Shown here one piece after another: positions 61,970 to 64,000 of a DNA stretch of 64,000 nt; the first letter of the stretch is position 1, and every line of letters begins with the position of its first letter. The stretch lies in NCBI GenBank assembly GCA_018825985.1, contig JAHKAP010000018.1:4134-68133 (forward strand). The letters are read 5' to 3'. The translations under genes were made by a program, and so were the position numbers. The notes beneath the pieces are model-generated. The model saw nothing but the letters and a program-made list of their open reading frames with translations. It had not been told where the DNA came from and did not search any database. This DNA comes from Candidatus Omnitrophota bacterium (GTDB lineage Bacteria > Omnitrophota > Gorgyraeia > Gygaellales > Profunditerraquicolaceae).

Positions 61970-62839
61970 TTATAATTTTGCTTTATCCAAAAGCTGGGGT
62001 AGGAATTTATTCCAGCCGATAGGCATAATATGAACACCCTGGCACAATGGTTTTAATTCCTCTATAAGCCGGGAGGCTATTTCGATTGATTTGGCCTGCC
62101 TGTCTAAGGCATCTTCCATTTCCTTGATCAAGGCATCCGGCACGCTTACTCCGGAAACATTTTTATTCATGTATCTGGCCATATCCGCTGATTTCAATAA
62201 AACTATCCCCGCCAGAATCGGAACTTTAAGATGTTTGATTTTAGAAAGGAATTCTTTAAAGATTTTTACATCATACACAGCCTGGGTCTGAAAGAACTGC
62301 GCTCCAGCAGTGATCTTTTTCTCCATTTTAATAATCTGCGGTTCAATAGGTTCGGCCCCGGGATTAACCGCCGCGCCAACGCAGAATTTAGGCGCAACTC
62401 CTTCGAGCTTTGAACCATTCATATCAAAACCCTGTTGAAGCTTCTGGATAACTTGCATTAACTGAACTGAATCCAGGTCAAATACCGGCTTGGCTTCAGG
62501 GTGGTCCCCGGATAAAGGATGATCGCCGGTCAAAACCAGGATATTCTCAATACCTAAAAGCCCTGCGGATAAAATATCCGATTGGAGCGCCAGGCGGTTA
62601 CGGTCCCGACAGGTAACCTGGAATACCGGTTCAAAACCTTTCTGCTTTAATACGCCGGAAACAACCAGGGAACCCAGGCGCATCACTGAACTCTGCAGAT
62701 CAGTCACATTGATCGCGTCTACCCGGTTACGGATCAATTCAGCCTCATCTAATATGCGCTTTATATCAATACCCTTAGGAGGGCCGATTTCGGCGGTAAC
62801 CAAAAATTTAGAGCAATTTAGTTTCTCTTTAAAATTCAT
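61970..62839 (-). CDS. metF: methylenetetrahydrofolate reductase
   Basis: Full-length MTHFR TIM-barrel similarity; 289 aa. Confidence 0.85.
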   Translation of the reverse strand: MNFKEKLNCSKFLVTAEIGPPKGIDIKRILDEAELIRNRVDAINVTDLQSSVMRLGSLVVSGVLKQKGFEPVFQVTCRDRNRLALQSDILSAGLLGIENILVLTGDHPLSGDHPEAKPVFDLDSVQLMQVIQKLQQGFDMNGSKLEGVAPKFCVGAAVNPGAEPIEPQIIKMEKKITAGAQFFQTQAVYDVKIFKEFLSKIKHLKVPILAGIVLLKSADMARYMNKNVSGVSVPDALIKEMEDALDRQAKSIEIASRLIEELKPLCQGVHIMPIGWNKFLPQLLDKAKL

Positions 62840-62856
62840 ACCCCTCCTCTTGCCAT

Positions 62857-63693
62857 CTATAGATTCGCTCCTTCTACCAGATTACGCATAAGCATAATCA
62901 CAGTCAAAGGCCCTACCCCTCCGGGGACCGGGGTGATCCAGGACGCCCTTTTGGATGCTCCTTCAAAATCAACATCTCCTACGATTTTATCCCCGACCTT
63001 ATTAATGCCTACATCAATAACTACCGCCCCTTCTTTTATCCATTCGCCCTTAACCAGGCCAGCCTTGCCTACAGCCATGATCAAAACATCGGCTCTTTTA
63101 ATATGCTCTTCTAATTTCCCGGCCTTAAAAGTCCCAATATGGCAGACTGTTACCGTCGCCAACTTCTCCAACAACAATAAACTTAAAGGCTTGCCTACAA
63201 TCTCGCTATGCCCGACTATAACTACTTCTTTGCCGGACAGGTTTAATCCTATCGAACTCAATAATTCCATTACTGCCGCGGCAGTGCAAGGTAAAATCTT
63301 AGCCTTGCCAAATATAAGCTTGCCTAAATTCAAAGGATGCATTCCTTCCACATCTTTTCCCGGGGTAATAAACTGGCTGATTTTCTTATAATCTATATGT
63401 AAAGGCAGGGGCAGTTGAATGATTATCCCATTTACCGAATTGTCCTGGTTTAATTCCTGGATAAAAGACACTAATCCTTCCCCGTTGGTAACTTTATCCA
63501 GCTGGTGCAGTTGATATTCTATACCCAGCAGATCAGCGGCCCTCTTCTGGGACTTGACATAAACTTCGCAGGCCGGATTTACTCCCACCTGAATAGAAAC
63601 TAATTTAAGTTTTTTCCCTGCGGAATTGATCTTATCCCTTAGAATGCTTTTTATCTGCTCAACCAGAATTTTACCTTCTAATAATTTTGCCAC
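62857..63693 (-). CDS. folD: bifunctional methylene-THF dehydrogenase / methenyl-THF cyclohydrolase
   Basis: Full-length FolD similarity (GKxVVIVGRSxIVGKP). Confidence 0.9.
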   Translation of the reverse strand: MAKLLEGKILVEQIKSILRDKINSAGKKLKLVSIQVGVNPACEVYVKSQKRAADLLGIEYQLHQLDKVTNGEGLVSFIQELNQDNSVNGIIIQLPLPLHIDYKKISQFITPGKDVEGMHPLNLGKLIFGKAKILPCTAAAVMELLSSIGLNLSGKEVVIVGHSEIVGKPLSLLLLEKLATVTVCHIGTFKAGKLEEHIKRADVLIMAVGKAGLVKGEWIKEGAVVIDVGINKVGDKIVGDVDFEGASKRASWITPVPGGVGPLTVIMLMRNLVEGANL

Positions 63694-64000
63694 CCTCAGC
63701 CTCCAGGTCTTGACGGATCTTTCTTAACAATCTAATTTTTCCGGACAGATCTTTTCTTATGCCTTTAACCTTCCGAGCATCCTTGATATTTTTCAAGTTA
63801 ATCTCAACGTTATAATAAGCGCTGGTAAAACCCGCTTCCAGGAGTATGCCCGCCATCACCAGATCGCTGGCTAAGGCCGGGTTAATCTTCAAGGTTAAGC
63901 CCGGGAGTAATCGCATGCCTTTTAATGAAAACTCACAGGCCTTAAGCGGGACTTTTAATGATTTGTCCTTGTCTTTATTCAGGTATGCGCTGACATCCGC
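63671..64000 (-). CDS. cyclodeaminase/cyclohydrolase-family protein (FtcD C-terminal / FchA-like), partial; the N-terminus lies beyond the window end
   Basis: The minus-strand frame is open to the window edge, and the C-terminal helical region resembles formiminotransferase-cyclodeaminase-type domains commonly found next to folD. Confidence 0.5.
   Translation of the reverse strand, partial: ADVSAYLNKDKDKSLKVPLKACEFSLKGMRLLPGLTLKINPALASDLVMAGILLEAGFTSAYYNVEINLKNIKDARKVKGIRKDLSGKIRLLRKIRQDLEAEGGKIIRR

Overview
The window is dense bacterial housekeeping DNA with low GC; about 60 protein genes read from the minus strand and only rpmB reads from the plus strand. Conserved genes include branched-chain amino-acid synthesis (leuA, ilvC, ilvN, ilvB, ilvD), a trp block (trpG-C-F-B-A), a nitrogen-type PTS (phosphotransferase) regulatory cluster (ptsN-like EIIA, yvcK-like, ptsH, ptsI), central carbon genes (pckG, pfkA, class II fba, glgA, pta), methyl-cycle genes (metK, ahcY) and folate one-carbon genes (folD, metF, a cyclodeaminase-like gene). 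Translation and replication genes include rpsB, tsf, pyrH, frr, rpmB, rpmE, prfA, prmC, rho, argS, recJ, polA and def, plus tRNA-Gly, tRNA-Leu and tRNA-Lys. I did not find a rRNA gene, CRISPR array, insertion sequence or an obvious defence island. The features that housekeeping does not explain are listed below.
- A 1617-aa signal-peptide protein (10816-15669) whose C-terminal third carries iPGM/phosphopentomutase-type alkaline-phosphatase motifs in a duplicated, non-canonical order. A roughly 230-nt structured leader containing an intrinsic terminator lies upstream of it.
- A membrane HAMP-GAF-HD-GYP c-di-GMP phosphodiesterase gene sits between ilvB and ilvN.
- Three families of short palindromic intergenic repeats: TAGTAG-rich elements of 90-130 bp that fill three spacers, GGGACACCC hairpins, and a perfect 23-bp inverted repeat with a dispersed half-copy. 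They seem to act as terminators.
- An array of CGGAT/ATCCG pentamers lies between the divergent rpsB and rpmB promoters.
- A short zinc-ribbon gene (42898-43044) that the ORF track missed, rsfS with a non-ATG start, and a possible promoter-to-terminator small RNA or leader near 1400-1610.
Plus-strand ORFs in the track that lie antisense to these conserved genes are treated as spurious.
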